Assembly (NCBI GenBank): GCA_963744905.1
Contig: CAVUUV010000002.1
Coordinates: 261,382 to 325,381 of the forward strand
DNA length: 64,000 nt
DNA from: an uncultured Acidimicrobiia bacterium
GTDB lineage: Bacteria > Actinomycetota > Acidimicrobiia > Spongiisociales > ZC4RG35
Direction of reading: 5' to 3'
How positions within the stretch are numbered: position 1 is the first letter of the stretch; each line of letters opens with the position of its first letter. A program made the translations under genes and the position numbers. A model generated the notes under the pieces. The model worked only from the letters and a program-made list of their open reading frames with translations, did no database searches and was not told the origin of the DNA. Shown one piece after another: positions 9,586 to 20,258 of this stretch.

Positions 9586-9996
9586 GCGGGGAACGCGGAT
9601 ATCTCTCCAGTCGTGCGAGATGGTCACGAGTGACCACCCGCGCCGTGTTCGCCCCCACGTCCTGCAACCCAATCCCCGCGCCAAGAGCGCACGAGGTAAG
9701 CGTCGACCCCAACTCCCAATTCAAGCCTCCCGTTTACAGCGTCCCTGCGGTCGCTTTCTGCCCACCTGCAGGATACCGGGAGTTCACGGAAAGTGAAGGA
9801 CCTAGGGACCCATTGTCGGGAGAGTTGTACCGCCATCGGGGGAGTCGAAGCGGCAAGCGACCGTCGTCGCACCATCCACCCGGTCGGTTTGGCAAGAGGT
9901 GGGGCTCCGACCGTTCAAAGATCTCGGTCATCCGGTGCAAGAGAAACCCTCTCTTCCCGGATCCCGACCCTCCCCGCTCACGAGGCGGGGAGGGTC

Positions 9997-10072
9997 TGGT
10001 AGCCCCGACCGGATTCGAACCGGCGTTACCGGCTTGAGAGGCCGGCGTCCTGGGCCACTAGACGACGGGGCC
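9997..10072 (-). tRNA. tRNA-Glu (anticodon CUC)
   Basis: Minus-strand sequence GGCCCCGTCGTCTAGTGG...CCGGC-CTCTCAA-GCCGG...GGTTCGAATCC...TCGGGGCTACCA. Cloverleaf folds by hand with U33 and A37; CCA is encoded. Confidence 0.85.
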
Positions 10073-10101
10073 AAAGGAAGGCCTCGAATTCGGGGGCCTT
10101 C

Positions 10102-10173
10102 GCTCGGGGGGAAGGACTCGAACCCTCAACGACAGGACCAGAACCTGCTGTGTTACCAATTACACCACCCCCG
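10102..10173 (-). tRNA. tRNA-Gln (anticodon CUG)
   Basis: Minus-strand TCGGGGG-TG-GTGT-AATTGGTA-ACAC-A-GCAGG-TTCTGGT-CCTGT-CGTT-GAGGG-TTCGAGT-CCTTC-CCCCCGA-G. All stems pair; 72 nt; CCA not encoded. Confidence 0.8.
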
Positions 10174-10409
10174 AACGCGACTCGGATAGGACGAGCGCGG
10201 GGAGATGGGCAGTCTAGCGCCCCGCTGTCGGTCCCGTCACACCGACCATCCCCGACCGAACCCCGCTACACGCAACCGACGGGGGGAGGCCCCAACCAGA
10301 ATGAACCACCCGAGTGGCCGATCGGCGCCGTGATCGGGAGCGCCTGATCAGGGCATGAATCGCCCAACCATCAACAGGTCGAGGTCGATACTCCGCGAGG
10401 GGATCTCAC

Positions 10410-13400
10410 TCAGGGATGAGACCTGAAGTAGAAATCGTCGATCCAGAGACTGTCGATCACAGGCTCGAACTTGGAGCTGTCGGCGTCGGTTGCTCGGACC
10501 AGAACCGTCCCCGACACCCCGGTCGGCAGGTCGAACGTCTGGTAGGTGCCGTCGTCGGTGGTCTTCGTCACCCGCATCATGTCCAGCCAGGATGACCCGC
10601 CGTCGGTCGAATACGAGAACTGGAAATCCTCCGCTCCGGAGTGGTGAGCCTGGAGGAAGAAGGTGACTGTGCTGCCACCCGTGACCGAGAATGTCCATTG
10701 CTGCTCCAGACGAGTCCTCTTCCCGCCTCCATAGGCTTCCTCGCTGATGACGAGATAATCACCGTCGTCGGCGAAGGTGCTTGAGAGATCGCCGGCAACC
10801 ACCGATCCGTAGACGGTGGTCTGGGAGGAGGCATCGTCATCGGTGGCTACCTGGTCGTTGTCCACGATGATCACACTGGCATCGGAGGGAAAGCCGATCT
10901 GGTAGTTGGCATCAGTGCTCAAAGTGATGACCACCGATTCGTTTCCCTCCGCAGCGGTGTCGTCAACCGCTGCCACCGGAACGAGAGCCGTCGACTGACC
11001 TGCCCCGAGAGTCATCGAACCCGACAAAGGCCCATAGTCGTCACCGGGGGTAGCCGTGCCGGAAACGGTGTAGAAGACGGTCAGATCGGCGGAAACGTCA
11101 TTGCGGGAGATCGTGAACCCGCCATCGGCTCCGCCCTCGTAGGCGAAAGGCCCGGTTGCGTCGACCGACACCTCCGGAAGAGGGGGCTGGGGGTTCACCG
11201 TCTTTATCGCCATGTAGTCAACGAAGAGCGTATCGGTCGACCCGTTGCCGATGGTGCGGTCGGAGTCGATGGCTCGCACGATGACCGTTCCGCTGATCGT
11301 GGGTGGCAGATCGGCCCGATAAGTGGTGTCGGAGCCGGCCGACACCACCACCAACGGTTCGAAACTCACGCCACCATCGGTCGAATACGAGAACTCGAAG
11401 TCGTCACCCTCCGAGTTGGCGGTGCGTCGGGCTTCGAGCACGAAGTTGATGCTGTCCCCGCGCTCGACGTCGAAGGTCCAGCGATGCTCGAGCCTGCTCA
11501 CCCTGCGATTGCGTGGACCACCGGTCTGCTCCTCGGTTAGTTGCTCATACACATCGTCGGTGGCGGTGGTATCTGCCAGGCTCCCGCTCACCGAGCCGAG
11601 CAGGGTCTGCTCGGATCCGGCAAACTGGTCGAGAGTGGTCTCTCCGATGGAGACCGTGACGGTGGCGACGTTCGACAAATCGGTCCCATCCGAGGCCTGA
11701 TAGGTGAAACTGTCCGAGCCGGAGAACCCGGCCGTCGGGGTGTAAGTAACCGTCCCGTCCGTCTCCAACGTCACCGACCCGTTGGCCGGCGTCGACAGAT
11801 TCGTCACCGACAACACATCCCCATCCGGATCACTGTCATTGGCCAACACATCCACATTCACCGGCTGACCCTTGGTAGTAGAAGCCGAATCGTCCACCGC
11901 CACCGGAGCCCGATTGGCAACCGTCACCGACACCGTCGCCACATTCGACAAATCGGTCCCATCGGACGCCTGATAGGTGAAACTGTCCGAGCCGGAGAAC
12001 CCGGCCGTCGGGGTGTAAGTAACCGTCCCGTCCGTCTCCACCGTCACCGACCCGTTGGCCGGCGTCGACAGATTCGTCACCGACAACACATCCCCATCCG
12101 GATCACTGTCATTGGCCAACACATCCACATTCACCGGCTGACCCTTGGTAGTAGAAGCCGAATCGTCCACCGCCACCGGAGCCTGATTGGCGACCGTCAC
12201 CGACACCGTCGCCAGGTTGGAGGGGTTGTTCCCGTCCGATGCCTGGTAGGTGAAGGTATCCACCCCGGAGAATCCCCCCGCCGGCGTATACGTCACGGTC
12301 TCATCCACCTCCACCACCACCGAGCCATTGGAAGGGGCGGAGGCGATCTGGACCGTCAAGGGATCACTTTCAGGATCCGTGTCGTTGGCCAACACATCCA
12401 CATTGACCGGCTGACCCTTGGTAGTAGAAGCCGAATCGTCCGCCGCCACCGGAGCCTGATTGGCGACCGTCACCGACACCGTCGCCACATTCGACAAATC
12501 GAGTCCCATCCGAAGCCTGATACGTGAAACTGTCCGAACCGGAGAACCCGGCCGTCGGGGTGTAAGTAACCGTCCCGTCCGTCTCCACCGTCACCGACCC
12601 GTTGGCCGGCGTCGACAGATTCGTCACCGACAACACATCCCCATCCGGATCACTGTCATTGGCCAACACATCCACATTCACCGGCTGACCCTTGGTGGTA
12701 GAAGCCGAATCATCCACCGCCACCGGAGCCTGATTGGCAACCGTCACCGACACCGTCGCCACATTCGACAAATCGGTCCCATCCGACGCCTGATAGGTGA
12801 AACTGTCCGAGCCGGAGAACCCGGCCGTCGGGGTGTAAGTAACCGTCCCGTCCGTCTCCACCGTCACCGACCCGTTGGCCGGCGTCGACAGATTCGTCAC
12901 CGACAACACGTCCCCATCCGCATCATTGTCATTGGCCAACACATCCACATTCACCGGCTGACCCTTGGTGGTAGAAGCCGAATCGTCCACCGCCACCGGA
13001 GCCTGATTAGGGGCCGGATCCACCGTAATCGTCACCGTGGCCGTGTCAGAAGCCACACCGTCAGAGGCGTCATAGGTGAACGAATCCACACCCGAGAACC
13101 CGGCATCAGGCGTATAGGTCACCGTCCTGTCCGTCTTCACCGTCACCGACCCGTTGGCCGGAGTCGACAGATTCGTCACCGACAACACGTCCCCATCCGG
13201 ATCACTGTCATTGGCCAGCACATCCACATTCACCGGCTGACCCTCGGGGGTCGACGCTGTGTCATCGACCGCCACCGGAGCCCGATTGGCAACCGTCACC
13301 GACACCGTCGCCACATTCGACACATCGGTCCCATCCGACGCCTGATACGTGAAGGTATCCACACCCGAGAACCCCGACCCTGGCGTGTAAGTCACCGTCC

Positions 13401-16400
13401 CGTCCGTCTCCACCGTCACCGACCCGTTGGCCGGCGTCGACAAATTCGTCACCGACAACACATCCCCATCCGGATCACTGTCGTTGGCCAACACATCCAC
13501 ATTCACCGGTTGACCGGCATCCGTCGACGTACTGTCGTCGACCGCCACCGGGGCCTGATTGGCAACCGTCACCGACACCGTCGCCACATTCGACAAATCG
13601 GTCCCATCCGAGGCCTGATAGGTGAAACTGTCCGAGCCGGAGAACCCGGCCGTCGGGGTGTAAGTAACCGTCCCGTCCGTCTCCACCGTCACCGACCCGT
13701 TGACCGGCGTCGACAGATTCGTCACCGACAACGCATCCCCATCCGGATCACTGTCATTGGCCAACACATCCACATTCACCGGCTGACCCTTGGTAGTAGA
13801 AGCCGAATCGTCCACCGCCACCGGAGCCTGATTGGCGACCGTCACCGACACCGTCGCCACATTCGACAAATCGGTCCCATCGGACGCCTGATAGGTGAAA
13901 CTGAATCCGAGCCGGAGAACCCGGCCGTCGGGGTGTAAGTAACCGTCCCGTCCGTCTCCAACGTCACCGAACCGTTGGCCGGCGTCGACAGATTCGTCAC
14001 CGACAACACATCCCCATCCGGATCACTGTCATTGGCCAACACATCCACATTCACCGGCTGACCCTTGGTAGTAGAAGCCGAATCGTCCACCGCCACCGGA
14101 GCCTGATTGGCAACCGTCACCGACACCGTCGCCACATTCGACAAATCGGTCCCATCCGAGGCCTGATAGGTGAAACTGTCCGAGCCGGAGAACCCGGCCG
14201 TCGGGGTGTAAGTAACCGTCCCGTCCGTCTCCACCGTCACCGACCCGTTGGCCGGCGTCGACAGATTCGTCACCGACAACACATCCCCATCCGGATCGCT
14301 GTCGTTGGCCAACACATCCACATTGACCGGCTGACCCTTGGTAGTAGAAGCCGAATCGTCCACCGCCACCGGAGCCTGATTGGCGGTGCCCGCGGTGACG
14401 GTCACGTTGAAGCTGGTTGAGTCGGTGAGGGCGACGGGCTTGGGCGTCAGGGCGACCGTGAAGGCGTTACGCGTATTCTCGCCGGTGCTGGCCGACCCGC
14501 TGGCGACCGCAGTCCCCACCGGTCCGGCAGTGGATTGGACCTGGTCACCCGCCAGGACACGGTTCTTCCCGGTTCCTGAACTACCCACTTGTTCCGACCA
14601 CCGTTCGGTTACCCCGGTGGGCACGGTATTGAATCCCACGCCGGGATCAGTGGCGCTCGCCCCTCTCCAACCCCACAGACGCAATACCCGGGCGTTGTCG
14701 ACCGTCGTGTTCAAGTCGGGGGCTTCGAGGGTCGCTATGTCCTCGGCCGAGGCAGCCCAGGCGTCGATGGGGTTCTCGGGGTCCACACCCACGTATGCCC
14801 CGATTCCTCCAGCCATACGGCCTTCGGCGTATCCCTGATCGAAGCTGTACGAAGTGGGTTCGGATGAACCGGCGATCTTGTAATAGACGCTCTGGTGGCC
14901 GTTGGAGGTGCTGGGAATCGTGGCCAGCTCGGTCCATCCAGCCGGCGGGGTCATGGATGGGAGGTCGCCCCGGTAGCGCACCTGCGCCAGCAACAGATCA
15001 CCGGCCTGGACCCCGTCCGGTTTGGGGATCGTAAGCACCGAGCCCGAGGTGCTGGTGTCGATAGCCGACGCCGCAGACCGGAAAGCCGGCGCACCGGCGT
15101 CGGTCGACGCTCCGTCGGCGACCGTCACGGTCACAGGCCCATACGTTCCCGCGTCTCCCACTGTCGGGGAGAAGGTCATCTCCAAGGTGGCGGCGTCGAA
15201 CGAGCCGAACGAGGGAAGCCCATCGACGGTGACCGTCAGCGGGTCACCGTCAGGGTCGGAGGCCGAGACCGCCACCACGGCAGTCTCGCCCTCTGCCACT
15301 GTGACGTCACTGATCGGATCGACCGTTGGGGGAGAGTTGGGTGGCCCGTTGACGGTCACGATCACGTCGTCCGAGCCAGACAGCTCTCCGTCAGAGGCGG
15401 TCAGCTCCAGGGTATAAGTGCCTTCCGTGTCGAAGCTGGCCGTGGTAGAGGCGGAATTGGGGTCTGCGAACGTGACCTGACCGGGGCCGGTCACCATGGA
15501 CCAGGTTTGGGTGACCGAACCCGAAGGCAGCCCGTCATCCGTAACAGAACCGGACAGAGTCACATCCGACGGTAGGGTGATGGTCTGGTCGGGCCCGGCG
15601 TCGACGACCGGCGCCAGGTTGCCGGGGGGATCGGCGAGATTGGGGGCCGAAAGCTCGAACACCTTGCCGTCGTTCTCGTTCGAATTGGCTCCATTGTCGA
15701 CCGCCCGGTCGGCGATCCACAGATCCATCCCCGAGCTGTTGGTGGCGGGGGCAAGACCCAGGCCGGAAACGTGGGTCATGGCCGACACACTGATGTTGAT
15801 CGTGCGAATCAAGGTCCCGTCGAGGCCGATCTCAAACACCTTGTGCACACTGCTGACCGGATTCCGGGCACCCACATAGAGCGACCCGCGCGAGGGGGCG
15901 GCCACCAGTCCCTCCCAGTCCGTCGGTCCCAGTCCGGAGATGTCGAAATGGGAAACCGAGTCGTTTCCGTTGCCGAATATCCCGTCAGTCGGGTCGACCC
16001 GGTAGATCTCGCTGTCCACCCCGCTGAGAATGAACAGGTCACCGGTGGCCGTGTCGAAGGTGGGATCTTCGGTATCGCTGGCATTGAAAGGCGGCCCGCC
16101 GGTGTCGATGAACGACACCGCATCATCGCCGGTTCCGAAGGCTCCATCCCCTCCGGGGCGAATCACGAACACGCCCTGAGCGCTGTCGTCTGACACGAAC
16201 AGGGTGTTGGACCCGGGGTCGTAACCGACGCCGGTTGGTTCCTTGGAGAAACCGACAGAGCCTCCGAAGGTGGCCGCGGTTGGGCCCCAGAAGGTGCCTG
16301 TGCCCACCACGGTGCCGGTCCTCAGCGCCCGCCACATGTTCACGTTGTGCCAACCCGCACCGGTCGTCTCGTCCACCTCGGAGTCCACCACGACGAGTTG

Positions 16401-17378
16401 GTCCACCCCCGGCAACCACGTCACTCCCGAGGGGTCGGGTGCCGCCGGGTCCCAGGCCGAAGTGTCGATCGTCTGGACCAGCGTGGCGTAGTCCTCTGTC
16501 GCAGTCACTGCGGCCACCTGAACCAGGGAGACCTCCGTTATCCCACCGAGGGAAGTGGCTGTCCCTGAGTCCGCGACGTAGAGGTTCTGGATCGAGGGGG
16601 CATCGGTCGAGTCCGTGCTGGGGGCAAACGTCATGTCCTCGGGCGACATCAGACCCACCGAGGAAAGGTCGTAGGAGACCGCCACCTCTCCATTCGAGTC
16701 GAGCCCGTCGAGACGGTTGCCGTCGCTCGACAAGACGTACAGCCGATCATCTGACGGATTGAAGGCGATCTGGCCCGCATCGACTCCGCTCGGCAGGGCG
16801 AGCGAGCCGGATTGGAGGCCGGTGGACAAATCTGTGACCACAACGTCATGACCACTTGCGGACAGCGAATACAGCACCCCGCTATCAGGATCCACCGTCC
16901 GGCCGATCGCCGAGACGCTGCCGGACTCCGGGATGATTTGAACCGCCGGGGTCCTCGATTCCAGGTCGCTCCCTTGCATCACCACGGCGTCCCGATCCCC
17001 GAACAGAAGCAGTTCATCCTCAATCGGGTCGAAAGCTGCCGTTTCCAGTGCCGAGATAGCCGCCACTACTGAGGTTCCGATCAGCTTGGAGCGCCGATCG
17101 AGTCGAACCAGCGCCGTCTCATTGCCCTTTCGCCCTCCGACGACGAATTGACTGCGCGATGGGTCATATGCCAGGGCAGTGGGACGAGCGATACCGACTT
17201 CGTCCGTCCAGACGGTGCGTACGAGCCGGCCGATCAGGGGAGTTGAAATCTGCCCGGCCGCCTCAGTGCGGGCGGATGACGTGGCGCCGACAGCCAGGGC
17301 TGCTTGCGACGGCATGAGACTGAACAACATGCCCATGAGCGCGACGATGACAACAAAACGCCGCCCAGAAGAACCCAA
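10410..17378 (-). CDS. Giant secreted repeat/adhesin-like protein (PKD + ~10 cadherin-like 95-aa repeats + Calx-beta + duplicated C-terminal domain), interrupted by two compensating frameshifts
   Basis: Three track ORFs (13842..17552, 12370..13869, 10410..12509) encode contiguous, homologous repeat sequence. ORFs 1 and 3 share a frame and ORF 2 is offset. Candidate TTG start at ~17378 sits 6 nt after GGAGG and is followed by a signal-peptide-like GSSGRRFVVIVALMGMLFSLMPSQAALA. A PKD-like segment GPDQTITLPSDVTLSGSV...TYTLELTASDG and a Calx-beta-like segment DYGPLSGSMTLGAGQSTALVPVAAVDDTAAEGNESVVITL are present. Confidence 0.6.
11650..14430 (-). repeat. Tandem ~285-bp (95-codon) near-identical coding repeats (cadherin-like VANQAPVAVDDSASTTKGQPVNVDVLANDSDPDGD... 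units), ~10 copies
   Basis: Directly visible as near-identical DNA periodicity; inter-copy identity mostly >90%. Confidence 0.85.
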
Positions 17379-17609
17379 AATCCAGCCTCCCACCGACTGC
17401 CCGTCTCTCGATCCTGACGGACGATAACACCCGACGCCCCCCGGGCAATGGTCTCCGGGACCCATCCTCGAGGGGATCAGGCGGAACCTCGGAGCGAGGA
17501 TCGGCCGAGCGCCGGTCGCCAAGCTGTCGGAGCGGCGGCGGGTGGCCGGCACGCCCGGGGCCAGCCCGCCTCGGGACGGGGTAATCCCCTCTCCTCCACC
17601 CGCGTAGCT

Positions 17610-17978
17610 CTAGCGCATTCCGGTGTCGTACATCAGCGTTCCGACATCGACGGTGTCGGTACTCACGGTGACCGCAACCGGTCCCGGACTTGAGAAGTAG
17701 CCTTCGACCGGCTCGGCCACCACCGTATAAGCGCCGGGAATCAGATCGAGCTGGAAACGGCCCGTGGCATCACTGACGGTCCGGGCCTGCACTTGCCCAG
17801 CCTCATCGACCGCCTTGACCACCGCGCCTTCCACCGGCCGCGGAGAGCAATTGGGATCGGGGGGCTGACGCTGGACCGGACAGGTTGGCCCGGCCGCCAG
17901 TACACCACTCACCTGCACTGGTGCCCCCGGGTGACAGGCCGTCAGGGAGGCAATCAATATGAGGATGGAGGCTCGCAT
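17610..17978 (-). CDS. Lipoprotein with carboxypeptidase-regulatory-like (transthyretin-like) domain
   Basis: Lipobox-like MRASILILIASLTAC, followed by ...TVSDATGRFQLDLIPGAYTVVAEPVEGY. Start chosen at the internal Met with signal peptide; the track ORF extends to 18074. Confidence 0.5.
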   Translation of the reverse strand: MRASILILIASLTACHPGAPVQVSGVLAAGPTCPVQRQPPDPNCSPRPVEGAVVKAVDEAGQVQARTVSDATGRFQLDLIPGAYTVVAEPVEGYFSSPGPVAVTVSTDTVDVGTLMYDTGMR

Positions 17979-18088
17979 CACACGTTGGACGAGCCCTGCT
18001 GCTGTCGGGTTCCCCTGTTCGGGACCTGGCGACTGGAGCGTGTCGAACCGCCACAGTTTGGGTAGATACGACAAATCAGGAGGTGACT

Positions 18089-18244
18089 ATGCCCGTAAAG
18101 CGTGGCAAGGACAAGGACGGCCCCTATTACCAGTGGGGCGAAAGCGGCAAGAAATACCGTTACGAGGCCGGAAAAACTGAGAGCAGGAACCGGGCCAAGT
18201 CGAAGGCGAAGAAGCAGGGTCAGGCCATCAAGGCCAACTCCTGA
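18089..18244 (+). CDS. Small basic protein, 51 aa (not in ORF track because <60 aa)
   Basis: ATG preceded by a perfect AGGAGG 5 nt upstream (18078..18083). Product MPVKRGKDKDGPYYQWGESGKKYRYEAGKTESRNRAKSKAKKQGQAIKANS. Sits in an otherwise gene-free 330-bp gap. Confidence 0.45.
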   Translation: MPVKRGKDKDGPYYQWGESGKKYRYEAGKTESRNRAKSKAKKQGQAIKANS

Positions 18245-18408
18245 TCACCGCTCGACGAGGAGCCTGTTGGATAATGCCGTTGCTCGGATTGGCGGCCAGG
18301 CGCGCCAGCCGCAAGGCCGAGGTTTCGCCACTCCTTGTATCGGAATGGCGGGGCCGAGAACGCAGCGGGTGGTGATGCATGGTCGTCAAGACGGGTGACA
18401 TGCATTGT

Positions 18409-19176
18409 TCAACGGGCTCGTAGCACGGACCGACCCGACAGCGACCAGGCCACACCGGCGACAACCATCGACGCCAGGGCCAGGACGACAACTCCAACTC
18501 GTGCCACAGGTACGAACGAGGCGATCCCCGCCGTCTGATGGGAGGCGGCCTCGAAATCGTTGAGCGTGGTCTCGTAGCCGACCAGCGCCGTTTGCGCATC
18601 ACCGAGACTGGCCTCGATCTCGTGAATTCGATCAGTCAGATCACCCATGTTCTGGCCGCTGCGGCGTATGACCGGGAGAAGAGCGTCGATGTTGGCTCCC
18701 TGTTCCTCGATCGCCTGGGGGAGTCCCTGCAGTTCCACCTGCACCTGGGCCAATGCCTGATCGAATGGCACCTGGGGGTTGTAGGGCACACCCAGACGGG
18801 ACAGCGCTCGCATCGACTGGTCGACAACCGAGGCTGTCCCGATGAGCGCCGGCAAACTCGACTGGACGGCGGTGAGAGCAGGAGGGATCTGGTTCTCGAG
18901 CACATCCGTCACGCCTCCGAGTGTGTCGATCAGATCATCGGTGGAGGTGGCGACGTCGTTCGTCGTCCGTGACACGACACCCAGGGTGGTCCGCAACTCG
19001 GAAACGGTCTGCTGGGTGGAATCAAGCAGATCACGGGTAGGCGAAACGGCGGTCGTCGGTGTCAACGAGACAGACGCCTCGACCACGTCCAATCCGAACC
19101 ACGCCAGTCCGGCTGCAGACAGCGCGGCGAGCGCAAAAAAGGCTGAGGCGATTCGTATCAAGGTCTTCAGGGACAT
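18409..19176 (-). CDS. Hypothetical bitopic membrane protein (N- and C-terminal TM helices, central helical/coiled region)
   Basis: Long ORF with coding-like composition; no recognised motif. Confidence 0.45.
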   Translation of the reverse strand: MSLKTLIRIASAFFALAALSAAGLAWFGLDVVEASVSLTPTTAVSPTRDLLDSTQQTVSELRTTLGVVSRTTNDVATSTDDLIDTLGGVTDVLENQIPPALTAVQSSLPALIGTASVVDQSMRALSRLGVPYNPQVPFDQALAQVQVELQGLPQAIEEQGANIDALLPVIRRSGQNMGDLTDRIHEIEASLGDAQTALVGYETTLNDFEAASHQTAGIASFVPVARVGVVVLALASMVVAGVAWSLSGRSVLRAR

Positions 19177-19229
19177 AGTGGGGGGACCATCGTTGCGGAT
19201 CCCAATGAGCCATTACCCGGTCCACACGG

Positions 19230-20258
19230 ATGCAAACCGGGCTCATGTTTGGAATACAGCCCTTGGGGGCATATCTAGCCCGTTCCCTGCTGGAGGCTAT
19301 TCCTTTGGACAACCATGCGATCAGCGCCGTCGGTGTCGGCAAGACGTACCCCAATGGCGCCGGTCTGAACGAAATCGACCTGGAAGTCGATACCGGCACC
19401 ATCGTCGGGCTTATAGGCCCGAGCGGAGCCGGTAAGACCACGGCCGTCCGGCTCTTTGCCGGCTTATTAGATCGAGATCAGGGCCGGCTCTCGGTCCTGG
19501 GGCGCGATCCGCAGAGCTTCACCCCCGTCGAGCAAAGCCGGCTGGGTTACCTTCCCCAGGACTCAGCCCTGTATCCCAGGCTATCGGTCAAGGAGAATCT
19601 CGACTTCATTGCCGCCACATACGGGCTCAGAGCCGGCCCCCGCAACGAGGCACGCCAGAGGGTGCTGGAGTTCGTCGAACTGACGGAAGCCCAGGATATG
19701 AAGCTGAGCGAGGTTTCGGGGGGTATGCGGCGCCGGGCCAGCCTGGCCGCGGCTCTCATCCATCGTCCTGAGTTGCTCTTCCTGGATGAGCCGACTGCCG
19801 GTCTCGACCCGATCCTCCGCCAAACCATATGGGAGCACCTGGGCGACCTGGGAGAGGAAGGCCGCACACTCGTAGTCACCACCCAGTACATAGGCGAGGC
19901 GGCGTATTGCGATCTAATCGTGTTGCTGTCCGACGGATACGTGATCCAGAGTGGCGAGCCTGAAGCGATCCGACGAGCCGCCTTCGACGGAGAACTGGTC
20001 GATGTGGTGTTTTCCTCCCGTCCCGGCTGGTCGGCGATCGACACCATAGGGAAGGCCATTGGAGCCTCCAACGCCAAGCCTCTGGCACCGGGCTCGGTGC
20101 GCTACACGGTGGAGGACGCCGGCTCAGCGATACCGGTCATCACCTCGACGGCCTCCGAACTGGACCTTGAACTGCAAGAAGCCGAACGGGTAGTCCCCGA
20201 CTTCGACCAGGTGTTCGTCCGTCTGGTGGATCGCCACCGAAACGGGTCCGAGCGATGA
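19230..20258 (+). CDS. ABC transporter ATP-binding protein
   Basis: Walker A GPSGAGKTT, signature LSGGMRRRASLA, Walker B LLFLDEPTAGLD. Confidence 0.85.
   Translation: MQTGLMFGIQPLGAYLARSLLEAIPLDNHAISAVGVGKTYPNGAGLNEIDLEVDTGTIVGLIGPSGAGKTTAVRLFAGLLDRDQGRLSVLGRDPQSFTPVEQSRLGYLPQDSALYPRLSVKENLDFIAATYGLRAGPRNEARQRVLEFVELTEAQDMKLSEVSGGMRRRASLAAALIHRPELLFLDEPTAGLDPILRQTIWEHLGDLGEEGRTLVVTTQYIGEAAYCDLIVLLSDGYVIQSGEPEAIRRAAFDGELVDVVFSSRPGWSAIDTIGKAIGASNAKPLAPGSVRYTVEDAGSAIPVITSTASELDLELQEAERVVPDFDQVFVRLVDRHRNGSER

Noticed and set aside
9586-9996. Several 60-135-aa ORFs between the sugar transferase gene and tRNA-Glu
   Set aside because: Mutually overlapping, no RBS, low-complexity. The region is more plausibly the promoter/leader of the glycan operon plus tRNA flank, and one ORF runs through the tRNA genes.
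11541-13938. Plus-strand ORFs (328 aa and 492 aa) full of HRHRP/IRHRQ repeats
   Set aside because: Antisense reading of the cadherin-like tandem repeats; periodic low-complexity; the minus-strand frames encode recognisable domains.
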